Origin: Acidimicrobiia bacterium
GTDB lineage: Bacteria > Actinomycetota > Acidimicrobiia > Spongiisociales > JAENVV01
Reading direction: 5' to 3'
NCBI GenBank assembly: GCA_041628225.1
Contig: JBFKPQ010000003.1
Location: 1 to 44,480, forward strand
DNA length: 44,480 bases
In this document: in pieces, positions 1 to 10,713 of the stretch
Numbering within the stretch: the stretch's first letter is position 1
How the letters are laid out: each line of letters opens with the position of its first letter
Position numbers and translations under genes: made by a program
The notes under the pieces: model-generated
What the model saw: the letters and a program-made list of their open reading frames with translations, nothing else
The model's database searches: none
Told to the model about the DNA's origin: nothing

Positions 1-384
1 GACGCGATCCGGTCACAGGTCCGTACGCCCTTCGATCGTCTCCTGACGATCACGCAGACCTTCGGGTTGGCACGGGGCCTCCTCCAGGCGGTCGAGGCGA
101 TGTTGCCTGCCCAACAGTTCATTCCGTTCGCGCCACCCAACCCGGCGGGCTATCCGTCGGGATCGGCCCTCTTGGGCCCGCACGCCCTGGTGCACGGATT
201 CGACCTCACCTCGATCGTCCGCGCCGAGGAAGCCGGAGAGCTCGACCCGACTGGCTCGGCCCATCTGCGCCGGTTGGGCGTGCGGGACGTGTCAGAGCCC
301 ACCCGTGCTGCGATTGCCGGCGCGAAGTCGCCCGCATCTCAGCTCGCCCTCGCCATCAATGCTCCGGAGATGTTGCTGCAATGA
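1..384 (+). CDS. DUF1800-family protein, C-terminal fragment (5' end outside window)
   Basis: Frame 1 is open from base 1 to the TGA at 382-384; the ORF track shows it only from the Met at 67. The tail ...LAINAPEMLLQ resembles the DUF1800 C-terminus. The stop overlaps the next ATG (ATGA), matching the usual DUF1800-DUF1501 pairing. Confidence 0.55.
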   Translation, partial: DAIRSQVRTPFDRLLTITQTFGLARGLLQAVEAMLPAQQFIPFAPPNPAGYPSGSALLGPHALVHGFDLTSIVRAEEAGELDPTGSAHLRRLGVRDVSEPTRAAIAGAKSPASQLALAINAPEMLLQ

Positions 385-1646
385 CCGAACGATGTGATCT
401 CCTCAGCCGCCGCCGTTTCCTGATCGGAGCCGGCGCCGTCTCGGCCACCGTCGTGGCCGGTGGCTACGCCTTACAGGTGTTCGCCCGTGATCCGGCCGCT
501 CCGGTGCCGGAACTCGTCGTGCCCACGTCGATCGCGGCGGGGGCTCCGACGAATCGGACGCTGGTGGTCGTCGAGTTGGGAGGCGGCAACGACGGGCTGT
601 CGATGGTCGTGCCACACGCCACCGACGCCTATCACGACCTTCGGCGCGCCACGGCGGTCGCCGAACCCCTCGACCTGGACGGTTCGGTCGGCGTCCACCC
701 CAACCTGACGACGGTGGCCGACCTGTATGGGGCGGGCCAGGTCGCCGTCGTCGAAGGGGTGGGATACCCGGACTCGGACCTGTCGCATTTCGTGTCGATG
801 GCTACGTGGTGGACCGCCTCACCAGGATTGGATCTGCACACGGGCTGGCTCGGCAGGTATCTGGACCACGCGGTCGGCTACGACCACCCGCTCGCCGGAA
901 TCACCATCGGTCCCGGTCCGTCGCAGGCGATGTCGGGCGCAGCGTCGTTCGCGGTGGCCATCGAAGACGTTTCCGGACTGCAGCCGCGGGTGCCGGACTG
1001 GATGGACGATCCCGACGAACTCATGTCGGCGTGGGCGGGCATGGTCCCCACGACACCCGCGCCGGGGCTGCTCGGGGAGGTCCACCGGACGATCGCCCAA
1101 ACGACGGCGGCCCGCGAACAAGTCAACGCCCGATTGGGAGGCGGCGATCGCGACCGGCCGCGAGGCCGCCAGATGGCGGCTCAACTCGACTTGGCGGCCC
1201 AGCTGATCGTGTCTGGCGTTGCTCCGCAGGTGCTGTACGTCCACGGTGTCGGCGACTTCGACACGCACGAGAACCAACCCAACCGCCACGCCGCGCTCAT
1301 GGAAGATCTCAATGCCGGGTTGGCCACGTTCTTCGAGCGCGTGAACGAGGCCGGCAAGGCCGACGACGTGATGGTCTTGACGGCGTCGGAGTTTGGTCGC
1401 CGCGCCCGAGACAACGGCTCGGGCACCGACCACGGAACGGCGTCGACCCACCTGCTGATCGGGCCATCGGTCTCGGGCGGCCGGTATGGCGAAGCACCGT
1501 CGCTGCTCGCTACTGACCCGGCCGGCAATGTCACACCGACCGTCGATTTTCGCTCGGTCTACGCCACCGTCCTCGACGAATGGCTGGAAGCCGACGCCGA
1601 CGAGATCCTCGGAGCGAACTTCGAACGGCTCGGTGCCATCAGCTGA
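381..1646 (+). CDS. DUF1501 domain protein (sulfatase-like fold) with Tat signal
   Basis: 421-aa ORF. It has a twin-arginine signal (SRRRFLIGAG) and the DUF1501-type motifs VHGVGDFDTHENQ and GSGTDHGT. Confidence 0.85.
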   Translation: MTERCDLLSRRRFLIGAGAVSATVVAGGYALQVFARDPAAPVPELVVPTSIAAGAPTNRTLVVVELGGGNDGLSMVVPHATDAYHDLRRATAVAEPLDLDGSVGVHPNLTTVADLYGAGQVAVVEGVGYPDSDLSHFVSMATWWTASPGLDLHTGWLGRYLDHAVGYDHPLAGITIGPGPSQAMSGAASFAVAIEDVSGLQPRVPDWMDDPDELMSAWAGMVPTTPAPGLLGEVHRTIAQTTAAREQVNARLGGGDRDRPRGRQMAAQLDLAAQLIVSGVAPQVLYVHGVGDFDTHENQPNRHAALMEDLNAGLATFFERVNEAGKADDVMVLTASEFGRRARDNGSGTDHGTASTHLLIGPSVSGGRYGEAPSLLATDPAGNVTPTVDFRSVYATVLDEWLEADADEILGANFERLGAIS

Positions 1647-1897
1647 GCTGGTGGCGGGCCATCCCCGCCAACCCCCGCTCCCGGCCTGACGGCACTCTGC
1701 AGTCGCCTACCGGCCTTTCCGCCGGTACGTCCCCCTCCGAAGGTGGGGGAAGGCATCGCCGCGATGGTCCCCCGCTGTGGCGGGGGAACGTACCGCCGCC
1801 CAACAGGCGGGGTGAACAACGAAGTGGGGGAACGCGAGGGATGGGGGCACTTCGTGAACGCGCCTTCGTCTAGCAGTCGGCCAGAGCGGCGAACACA

Positions 1898-3229
1898 TCA
1901 TGATGCCGCTCGATACAGCAGCCACTCGCCCGGTACACCTTTGAGATCTCGGGCACCGATCGGTTCGAACTCGAGGCCCGAGCCGACCACCAGCGGCGGG
2001 ATCGACTGGCTCACCAACACCTCGTCGGTGCCCGCCTGCGCGGCGACCCGCGCCGCGATGTGGACGGCGATGCCACCGACGTCATCCCCTCGCTGCTCGA
2101 CTTCCCCGGTGTGAATGCCGATGCGGACGTGGACGCCCATCGCCGCCACGGCCTCCGTGATGGCTCGTCCGCAACGGATGGCACGGGCCGGCCCGTCGAA
2201 CACGGCCATGAACCCGTCGCCAGTGTGTTTCACCTCCAGACCGCCGTGCCGCTCCAATTCGCGCCTGATCAGTTGGTCGTGACGCGCGAGGGTGTCGATC
2301 CATTGCCGATCCCCGGTTGTCGCTGCGGTCATCGTCGAGTCGACGATGTCACTGAACATGATCGTGGCGAGCCGGCGGTCGGGCGCGGCGGACTCACGGG
2401 CCCCGGTCACGAACTCCTCTATCTCGGCGGCCACCCGATCGCCGACCTCTTCGGAATACGGGAAGTGGTCGCCGGTTTCGAGTTCGAGGAGCCGCGCTCC
2501 AGGGATCCTGTCGGCCATGTACCGGGCGTGGTCGATGGGTATCCACCGGTCGTGGATGCCGTGCATGATCAGTGCCGGCGCGTGCACGAGCGGCAGGGCC
2601 TCACTGATATCGGCGGCGGCGTTCTGTTCGGCCTGGAGCCGGAATTGGCCGGGCGTCATCGACTGTCGGAAATAGCGCTGCCAGAAGGCCCGCCGAGCCG
2701 GGTCGACCAGAACGCTGGGCACGACGAGCGACATGAGCCGCTCCGTGTCCCACGATTCATCGAGGTCGTCCAGGAATCGGGCGAAGGTCTCGGCAGGCAG
2801 GCCCTGCGGATAGTCGGGCGCTCGCAGGAGGCGGGCGTACCCGCTGAACATGACGATCCCCCGCACGCGGGTGGGGTCGGTCGACGCCATGAGGGCGGCG
2901 AGCGTACTTCCTTCGGAGATCCCGAAGAAGACCGCCTCTTCGGATCCCGCGGCGTCGAGCACCGCCCGGCAGTCGTCGAGCCGCTCTTCGAACGTCATGT
3001 CGCCACCCGGGATGGGATCAGACATACCGACACCGAGTTTGTCGTAGTGGATGAGCCGCGTGAAGCCCGACAGCCGGCGGAGGAAGCGAGCCGCTCCCGG
3101 ATCGTCCCAGATCATGTCGACGTTCGAGATGAGGGCTCCGAAGACGACGAGGTCGACCGGCCCGTCACCCACCACCTGATAGGCGAGGTGAGCGCCGCGC
3201 GAACGGGCATACCGGGTCTCCGGGACCAT
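1898..3229 (-). CDS. alpha/beta-hydrolase domain fused to a class III adenylate/guanylate cyclase domain
   Basis: 443 aa. The N-terminal half has the nucleophile elbow GISEG. The C-terminal half has the cyclase motifs ATIMFSDIVDST, VKHTGDGFMAVF, VRIGIHTGEV and GIAVHIAARV. Confidence 0.85.
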   Translation of the reverse strand: MVPETRYARSRGAHLAYQVVGDGPVDLVVFGALISNVDMIWDDPGAARFLRRLSGFTRLIHYDKLGVGMSDPIPGGDMTFEERLDDCRAVLDAAGSEEAVFFGISEGSTLAALMASTDPTRVRGIVMFSGYARLLRAPDYPQGLPAETFARFLDDLDESWDTERLMSLVVPSVLVDPARRAFWQRYFRQSMTPGQFRLQAEQNAAADISEALPLVHAPALIMHGIHDRWIPIDHARYMADRIPGARLLELETGDHFPYSEEVGDRVAAEIEEFVTGARESAAPDRRLATIMFSDIVDSTMTAATTGDRQWIDTLARHDQLIRRELERHGGLEVKHTGDGFMAVFDGPARAIRCGRAITEAVAAMGVHVRIGIHTGEVEQRGDDVGGIAVHIAARVAAQAGTDEVLVSQSIPPLVVGSGLEFEPIGARDLKGVPGEWLLYRAAS

Positions 3230-3292
3230 CCGATGAAGCTACTCGTCGGCCATGGTGAGCTGCGCCGAGTCCTCCCGGCGCGGTGCGACCTC

Positions 3293-3838
3293 CTAACTGC
3301 CTGAACGGTCGTAGGCGACGACGCCGTTGAACCAGAATCGGGCTCCGCCGTCCGGCAGACCGAACAGTGCGGCCCCGTCCGGAATGTCACCCACGCCGGA
3401 CAACCCACCACTACCGCTGGCGAACTCGAACCGTCCCGTCCCACCCGTCACCTCCCACGATCCCTCGACGAGGAATCCGTCAAAGGCGGGAGGCGTTCCG
3501 ACGGCCTCACTGGTCGTCGTTTGCGCGACAGTGAGTTCGTCACCGTTGGCGGCGGTGAACACGGTGATGCCAGACGAGACGAAGCGGCCCGTCGATGGAT
3601 CGATGGTCGTGCACTGGGTCAAGGAGTAGCTCATGTTGCCGAGGTGCGACATCTTGCCGGTGCCGCTACTCGAGAACTCCCACAGCGCCGTGCCAGGCTC
3701 GCATCCTGGAGCAGCGAAGTCGATCGAGTGGAAGCCGTCCACGACACCTTTGATGGGACCTTCGTGGGCGGCGCTCGCCGGCACCGCCAACGCCATGAAC
3801 ACGGAGACGACGACAAACATGCGGACGATGTTGCGCAT
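3293..3838 (-). CDS. secreted hypothetical protein
   Basis: I place the start at the internal ATG at 3838 (MRNIVRMFVVVSVFMALAVPASA, a signal peptide), which is preceded by GGGAGGG. The mature part is Gly/Thr/Ser-rich with no motif I recognise. Confidence 0.6.
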   Translation of the reverse strand: MRNIVRMFVVVSVFMALAVPASAAHEGPIKGVVDGFHSIDFAAPGCEPGTALWEFSSSGTGKMSHLGNMSYSLTQCTTIDPSTGRFVSSGITVFTAANGDELTVAQTTTSEAVGTPPAFDGFLVEGSWEVTGGTGRFEFASGSGGLSGVGDIPDGAALFGLPDGGARFWFNGVVAYDRSGS

Positions 3839-3989
3839 GATGACCCTCCCTGGTCTGGTGCGAAGCCTGACAACGCCGACGGCGCCGGATTCACACAATC
3901 ACCCTCTACGTACGCCCAGCCGATGAGCGTGGACAGGACCCAAAGTCCCGACCTGCCGGCCCGAGGCCGGGCCGCCTAGCCTGGCGGCC

Positions 3990-5633
3990 ATGACCGAAGC
4001 GCAACACCTCGCGGACGAATACTGGGAGTTCCGGCTCCGCACCGACATCCTGTTCGCCCTCGTCCGGGGCGAATTGTCTCATCTGGAAGCGTGGCCCGAC
4101 TTCTCGCCGGCGGGCGCCATCGCCGCCGTGGCCGAATACGAACGGTTCGTCGCCAAGGCCCGGGCCGTCGAAGCAGATTCCCTCTCCGACCGCGCCCTCG
4201 CCGAGACGATCGCGGCAGCCGCCTCAGTCGACAGTGTCAGCACCGTCGCGCAAGCCGAAACGATGGCACCCAACCTGCAAGTCGGTTTGTTGACGTGGCT
4301 GCTCCCCGCCCTGACGGTGCAGCCGCTGGTGACGGCCGACCACGGGGAACGCTTTCTTCAGAAGCTGGCCGCCTTCCCGGGGTTCATCGACCAGATCACC
4401 GAGCGTCTCCGTTACGGCGCCGCGTCAGGGAGGGCGCCGCTCGCCTCGCACGTCCGCCAGACCATCACCAAGCTCAGCGAGATGCTCGCCGCCGAGGAGA
4501 ACCCGTTCACCCGCCAACCGGCGCCGACTCACCTCGACAAAGCGGCGGCGGGCCGGTGGCGGTCTGCGCTCGGCAAAGCGGTCGTCGAACACGTCATGCC
4601 CGCCCTGCGAACGTACCGCGACACACTCGAGACGGAGAGCCTGCCCGCCGGCCGCCCCGATGACCAGGCCGGGCTCGTGCATCTCGAAGGCGGAGTGGAG
4701 CTGTATGGACGGCTGGTGCGCGCTCACACCACACTCGACGTCACCCCCAAACAGGTGCACGACATCGGACTCGAACAGGTGGAACGCCTCGAGGCCGAGT
4801 ACCGGCAACTGGCCGGTCCGTTGCTCGGGACCGACGACAACGCCGAGATCTACCGGCGCCTCCGCGAAGATCCCGAGCTGCACTACCACGACGTGGATCG
4901 GCTCATCGCCGACGCAACGGCGGCATTCCGGAAGGCGCAGGCAGCCATGGGCGAATGGTTCGGGCGCCTACCGCAGGCCGACTGTGAGGTGCGGCCCACC
5001 GACGTGGGTCCATTGGCGTTCTACCGGCCGCCGTCGAAGGACGGCACCCGTCCCGGATACTTCTTCTTCAACGTATCGAACCCTTCGTCATGGTCGACGT
5101 TCGGGGTGCCGGCGATTGCCTACCACGAGGGCATTCCCGGCCATCATCTGCAGTTGGCGCTCGGCATCGAAAACGAGGAGGTCCACGCGCTGCATCGGAC
5201 CTTGTATCTGGCGGGTTTCAGCGAGGGGTGGGGTCTGTACACGGAGCGGTTGTCCGACGAGATGGGCCTGTACGAGGACGACTGGGAGCGGATCGGCATG
5301 CTGCTCGCCGACTCGATGCGGGCGTGCCGGCTGGTCGTGGACACCGGCCTACACGCGCTGGGATGGAGCCGCCAGCAGGCGATCGACTACATGGTGGCCC
5401 ACTCGCCGATGGCGGTGTCGGAGGTGGCGGACGAAATCGATCGGTACATCGCCCTGCCCGGCCAGGCGACGAGCTACATGATGGGTCGCATCGCGATCGA
5501 CCGGCTCCGCGCCGACACGGAAGCCCGCCTTGGTGACCGGTTCGATATCAAAGCGTTCCACGACGCAGTCCTCGGCAACGGCATGGTGCCCCTGTCGACC
5601 CTGCGCACCCTCGTGGAGGAACGGCTGAGCTGA
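3990..5633 (+). CDS. DUF885 family protein (metallopeptidase-like)
   Basis: 547 aa. The motif YHEGIPGHHLQ and the overall length are typical of DUF885. Confidence 0.8.
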   Translation: MTEAQHLADEYWEFRLRTDILFALVRGELSHLEAWPDFSPAGAIAAVAEYERFVAKARAVEADSLSDRALAETIAAAASVDSVSTVAQAETMAPNLQVGLLTWLLPALTVQPLVTADHGERFLQKLAAFPGFIDQITERLRYGAASGRAPLASHVRQTITKLSEMLAAEENPFTRQPAPTHLDKAAAGRWRSALGKAVVEHVMPALRTYRDTLETESLPAGRPDDQAGLVHLEGGVELYGRLVRAHTTLDVTPKQVHDIGLEQVERLEAEYRQLAGPLLGTDDNAEIYRRLREDPELHYHDVDRLIADATAAFRKAQAAMGEWFGRLPQADCEVRPTDVGPLAFYRPPSKDGTRPGYFFFNVSNPSSWSTFGVPAIAYHEGIPGHHLQLALGIENEEVHALHRTLYLAGFSEGWGLYTERLSDEMGLYEDDWERIGMLLADSMRACRLVVDTGLHALGWSRQQAIDYMVAHSPMAVSEVADEIDRYIALPGQATSYMMGRIAIDRLRADTEARLGDRFDIKAFHDAVLGNGMVPLSTLRTLVEERLS

Positions 5634-5661
5634 CCTTCGCTCCTAGGGGTACGCTCGACGT

Positions 5662-6087
5662 ATGTTCCTGGTGGCGAAGTGGCTCCACATCGCGATCGCC
5701 TCGGCATGGTTCGGACACAAGCTCCTCGTGCCGTCCGACCTGCGTCAGATCAGCGCCGCCACCCCCGAGTTCGCCCGCGCCTCCCTGCCCCGGATCGAAC
5801 GGACTGAACGCCTCGGCATCGCCACCGGATTGGGCACGCTCCTGAGCGGCCTCTGGCTGATGTTCCTCGTAGGTCGTGTGCGGCCGGCCATCTACCTCGG
5901 CGTCGTCTTTGTGCTCACGGCCGTTGCGGTGGGTGGCCTGGTGGCCCGCCCAGCCTCGATCCGGTTCCGTGAAGCAGTGGCGAACGCCGATCCCGAAGGT
6001 GCCGCCGCCGCGTCGCGCACCCTATCGACGGTCCTGATGATCGAAACGGGCCTGTGGTCCGGCGCGCTCCTGACCATGCTCCTCTGA
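5662..6087 (+). CDS. integral membrane protein, unknown function
   Basis: 141 aa with about four hydrophobic helices and coding-like codon bias. No recognisable motif. Confidence 0.55.
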   Translation: MFLVAKWLHIAIASAWFGHKLLVPSDLRQISAATPEFARASLPRIERTERLGIATGLGTLLSGLWLMFLVGRVRPAIYLGVVFVLTAVAVGGLVARPASIRFREAVANADPEGAAAASRTLSTVLMIETGLWSGALLTMLL

Positions 6088-6126
6088 CGGCCGATCACGC
6101 TCGGTGAGTACCGGTAGCCTGGTTCC

Positions 6127-7614
6127 ATGCCTGAAGACGCCACGACACCAGATACTCCCGAGCCTCACGAGTCGCCCGAGCACCACACCGAAGACACCGT
6201 CTCCACGAACCACACGATCGAGATAGGAGACGAGTCGATCGCCTACACGGCGACCGCCGGGCGGGTCTTGCTGCGGGACGACGACGGCACCAAGCGAGCC
6301 TCATTCTTCTTCACCGCCTATGTGAACGACGACACCGACCCGGCCGAGCGGCCCATCGTGTTCGCATTCAATGGCGGCCCCGGCTCGTCGTCGGTGTGGC
6401 TGCACTTCGGCCTGTTCGGCCCCAAGCGAGTGGCACTCGACGAAGAGGGCGCCGCCGTGTCTATCCCGGCCCGCCTCGTCGACAACGAACAATCGATCCT
6501 CGACCGCGCCGATGTCGTGTTCATCGACCCGGTCGGCACCGGTTTCAGTCGCGGCATCCCCGATGACGAATCCAAGGCGTTCCATCACTTCACCCGCGAC
6601 ATCGAGTCGGTGGGTGAGTTCATCCACCTGTACCTGTCCCGCCACAACCGCTGGGCCTCGCCCGTGTACCTCGCCGGGGAGTCGTACGGAACCACCCGGT
6701 CGGCCGCCCTCGGACTGCACCTCCTCGACCGCTATGGGCTGGCGCTCAGCGGCATGATGCTCATCTCGTCGGTGCTCGACTTCGCCACGGCACCGTTCGA
6801 CAAGAAGACCTTCACCTTCCCTCTCGGCGCCGACATCCCATACGTGCTGTTCCTTCCCACCTACGCGGCGGCCGCTTGGTACCACGGCGTCATTGCTCTC
6901 GAGCATCGGGACCGTCCGCTGCGGGAGTTCCTCGACGAGGTCGAGCAGTTCGCGATGACCGACTACTTGGTCGCCCTCCTGCAGGGTGACTGGCTGCCCG
7001 AAGACCGGTTCGCCGCCATCGCCGAGCGGGTCGCCGGATACACCGGACTGCCCGTCGACTACGTGACCCGGTACCGGCTCCGCATCGAGATCATGCGGTT
7101 CTGCAAGTCGCTGCTACGTGACCAGGCCAGGGTGGTGGGTCGACTCGACGCCCGCGTGACCGGCATCGAACGGTTCGCCGACGGCGACGCCATGGAGACC
7201 GACCCGTCCTACGACGTGATCCTCACGACGTACTCGGCCGCCGCCAACGACCACCTGCGCCGAACACTCGGGTACGCGAGCGACCTGCCGTACGAGATCC
7301 TGTCGTTCGATGTCAACCAGGCCTGGGATTACGAGGACTTCAAGAACGCCAAGGTCGACGTCGCCGACCACCTCCGCCAGGTGATGAGCCGCAATCCGCA
7401 CATGAAGGTGTTCGTCGCCAACGGCTATTACGACCTTGCCACGCCGTACTTCGCCACCGAACACACCTTCAGTCACCTCGGCCTCGACCCGGACCTGCGC
7501 ACCAACGTCGAGATGGGCTACTACGAGGCGGGCCACATGATGTACATCCACCGCCCGTCGCTCGAGCGACTCGCCGCCGACCTGCGCGGGTTCCTGGACG
7601 GGACAACCGGCTGA
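6127..7614 (+). CDS. peptidase S10 (serine carboxypeptidase-like)
   Basis: 495 aa. It has the S10 signatures FNGGPGSSSVW and the nucleophile motif LAGESYG. Confidence 0.8.
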   Translation: MPEDATTPDTPEPHESPEHHTEDTVSTNHTIEIGDESIAYTATAGRVLLRDDDGTKRASFFFTAYVNDDTDPAERPIVFAFNGGPGSSSVWLHFGLFGPKRVALDEEGAAVSIPARLVDNEQSILDRADVVFIDPVGTGFSRGIPDDESKAFHHFTRDIESVGEFIHLYLSRHNRWASPVYLAGESYGTTRSAALGLHLLDRYGLALSGMMLISSVLDFATAPFDKKTFTFPLGADIPYVLFLPTYAAAAWYHGVIALEHRDRPLREFLDEVEQFAMTDYLVALLQGDWLPEDRFAAIAERVAGYTGLPVDYVTRYRLRIEIMRFCKSLLRDQARVVGRLDARVTGIERFADGDAMETDPSYDVILTTYSAAANDHLRRTLGYASDLPYEILSFDVNQAWDYEDFKNAKVDVADHLRQVMSRNPHMKVFVANGYYDLATPYFATEHTFSHLGLDPDLRTNVEMGYYEAGHMMYIHRPSLERLAADLRGFLDGTTG

Positions 7615-7648
7615 CAGGTCCCAGCGACGTGAATCCTCTCGAGGCGAA

Positions 7649-9009
7649 TCAGGCCAGCCAATCCTTGAGGTTCTGACGGATGATCTCGATCTGGCGTTGG
7701 ACCTCTCGGAACGAGCCTCCTCCGGGCGTGATCCGGCGGGCCACCGAGTCGAGCGGGTCGGTGCGCGCCACGTCGTCAGGTTCGAAACGAGCGTCGACGG
7801 CCGCCAAGTCGTCGAGCGTCGCATCCGCCAGGTCGGCGCCGCGTTCGGCCATGGCGGCCACCAGTCGGCCGACCGCCTCGTGCGCCTCCCGGAACGGGAC
7901 TCCCCGTTCGACGAGCGCCTCCGCCATGTCGAGGGCCGTGACGCCCGCGGTAGGAGTGGGAGGGTGGAACCGCGCCGTGGCGAGCAGACCGCCGAGCGCC
8001 TCCAGCGAGCCGCCGAGCACGTCGTCGGCATGGAACACGATCCGCTTGTCCTCCTGGAAGTCGCGGTTGTAGGTCATCGGCACGCCCTTCTGCAGGGCCA
8101 GCATCGCCGTCACATCGCCGATCACCACCGCCGCCCGGCCTCGCACCAGCTCGGCGATGTCCGGGTTCTTCTTCTGCGGCATGGCCGACGACCCGGTCGC
8201 GAAGGCGTCGTCGAGTGTCAACCAACCGAACTCGGTCGACGCCCAGAGGATGACTTCTTCGGCCAGTCGGGAGAGGTGCACCATCGCCTGACCGCAGGCG
8301 AACACGTACTCGGCGATGACGTCGCGGGAGCCAACTGCGTCCATCGAGTTCACGAAGTGCCAGCGCCACCCGAGGCGGCGAGTCGACTCACCGGGGTCGA
8401 GCGGCAGCGAACTCCCGCCCGACGCACCCGCGCCGAGGGGCGAGACCTCTAGGCGACCGACCGCTCCTTCCAGGCGGGCCGCGTCACGGCGCAGCATCTC
8501 GGCGTAGGCGAGCAGGTGATGGGCGAGCGGCACCGCCTGCGCCTGTTGCAGATGGGTGTACGAAGGGACAACGGTTGCGCCGACCCGCTCCGCCTGGTCG
8601 ACCAACACCGAGACGAATCGCGCCAGCCTGGTGATCTGCTCACGGCCCGACCGAGCCAGGTACAAACGGACATCGAGAGCGATCTGATCGTTGCGGGAAC
8701 GGCCCGTGTGCAGCGCCTTGCCGTCGTCGCCGACGAGTTCGATGAGGCGCCGCTCCACGGCGGAGTGAACGTCCTCGTCGGCGTGCGAGAACTCGAATTC
8801 GCCTCGTTCGACCTCACCCTGGATGTGGACGAGTCCCTCCTCCAGACGATCCACGAGGTCGTCGTGCAGCACACCCTGAGAGCCGAGCATGCCGACGTGG
8901 GCCAGGGACCCACGGATGTCGTCGGCGAGCAGCCGTCGGTCGGCGTGGTCGACGGTGTACTCCCACAGCAGGCGGTCGGGGCCGGATTCGAACCGGCCAC
9001 TCCAGAGCG

Positions 9010-9013
<4 letters not shown>
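7649..9013 (-). CDS. argH: argininosuccinate lyase
   Basis: The N-terminus is MTLWSGRF and the fumarate-lyase signature [12 protein letters not shown] is present. The ATG overlaps the argG stop (ATGA). Confidence 0.95.
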
Positions 9014-10211
<1,198 letters not shown>

Positions 10212-10215
<4 letters not shown>

Positions 10216-10670
10216 CCGGCTCCAATCTTCTCGAGGCGGCTCGCCACGACGCGGCCGCCGGAAACCTCATCTGCGATCACCATGAGCGTGTCATCACCGG
10301 CGATGGTCCCCAACACGCCATCGAGGGGAGCGGCGTCGATGGCGGCTGCCACGACATGGGCCGCTCCTGGCGACGTTCGGACCACGATGACATTGGCCGA
10401 CACGGTGATCGCTTCGACGAACTCCGACAGCGACCTGGCGAGATGGTCGTACGCCTCCCCCGACGGGCCGGTCTCGTCGGGCAACACGTAGCGGAGCCGG
10501 CCGCCCTCGCGGGACTTCACCGCGCCGAGGGCCTGTAGGTCTCGGGACACCGTCGCCTGCGTGACGTCGTGCGACTCGGCGCGCAGCAACGCCACCAGGT
10601 CTCCCTGACTCGACACCGTGTGTTCGGACAAAAGACGCCGCACGAGGCGCCGCCGGGCAGCTGTGTTCAT
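10212..10670 (-). CDS. argR: arginine repressor
   Basis: 152 aa with an N-terminal winged-helix region ([27 protein letters not shown]) and a C-terminal oligomerisation/arginine-binding part (GTIAGDDT). It sits upstream of argG-argH. Confidence 0.9.
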
Positions 10671-10673
10671 CGA

Positions 10674-10707
10674 CGCATGATTATACGGCCCGCCGCATAA
10701 TCATGCG
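10674..10707 (-). promoter_or_regulatory. candidate ArgR operator (two ARG-box-geometry palindromes) overlapping a TATAAT -10 box of argR
   Basis: CGCATGATTAT (10674-10684) is the exact reverse complement of ATAATCATGCG (10697-10707). Each arm is part of a 14-mer, CGCAT-N4-AT(A/G)CG, and the two centres are 20 bp apart. On the minus strand a TATAAT (10685-10680) lies 9 nt before the argR ATG. Confidence 0.5.
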
Positions 10708-10713
10708 AACCGG

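Noticed and set aside
2060-3304. Very long ORFs antisense to or overlapping real genes. Examples are 2060-3304 (+), 16111-17721 (+), 19129-20637 (+), 32443-33858 (-), 37203-38579 (-), 38745-39695 (-), 7114-8031 (-) and 18099-19013 (-).
   Set aside because: They lie opposite genes with unmistakable family motifs (cyclase, M1 peptidase, pilT, dnaA, gyrB, gyrA, argH, pcnA). Their translations are Arg/Gly/Pro/Ala-rich with no motifs. Stop-poor antisense frames are expected in GC-rich DNA.
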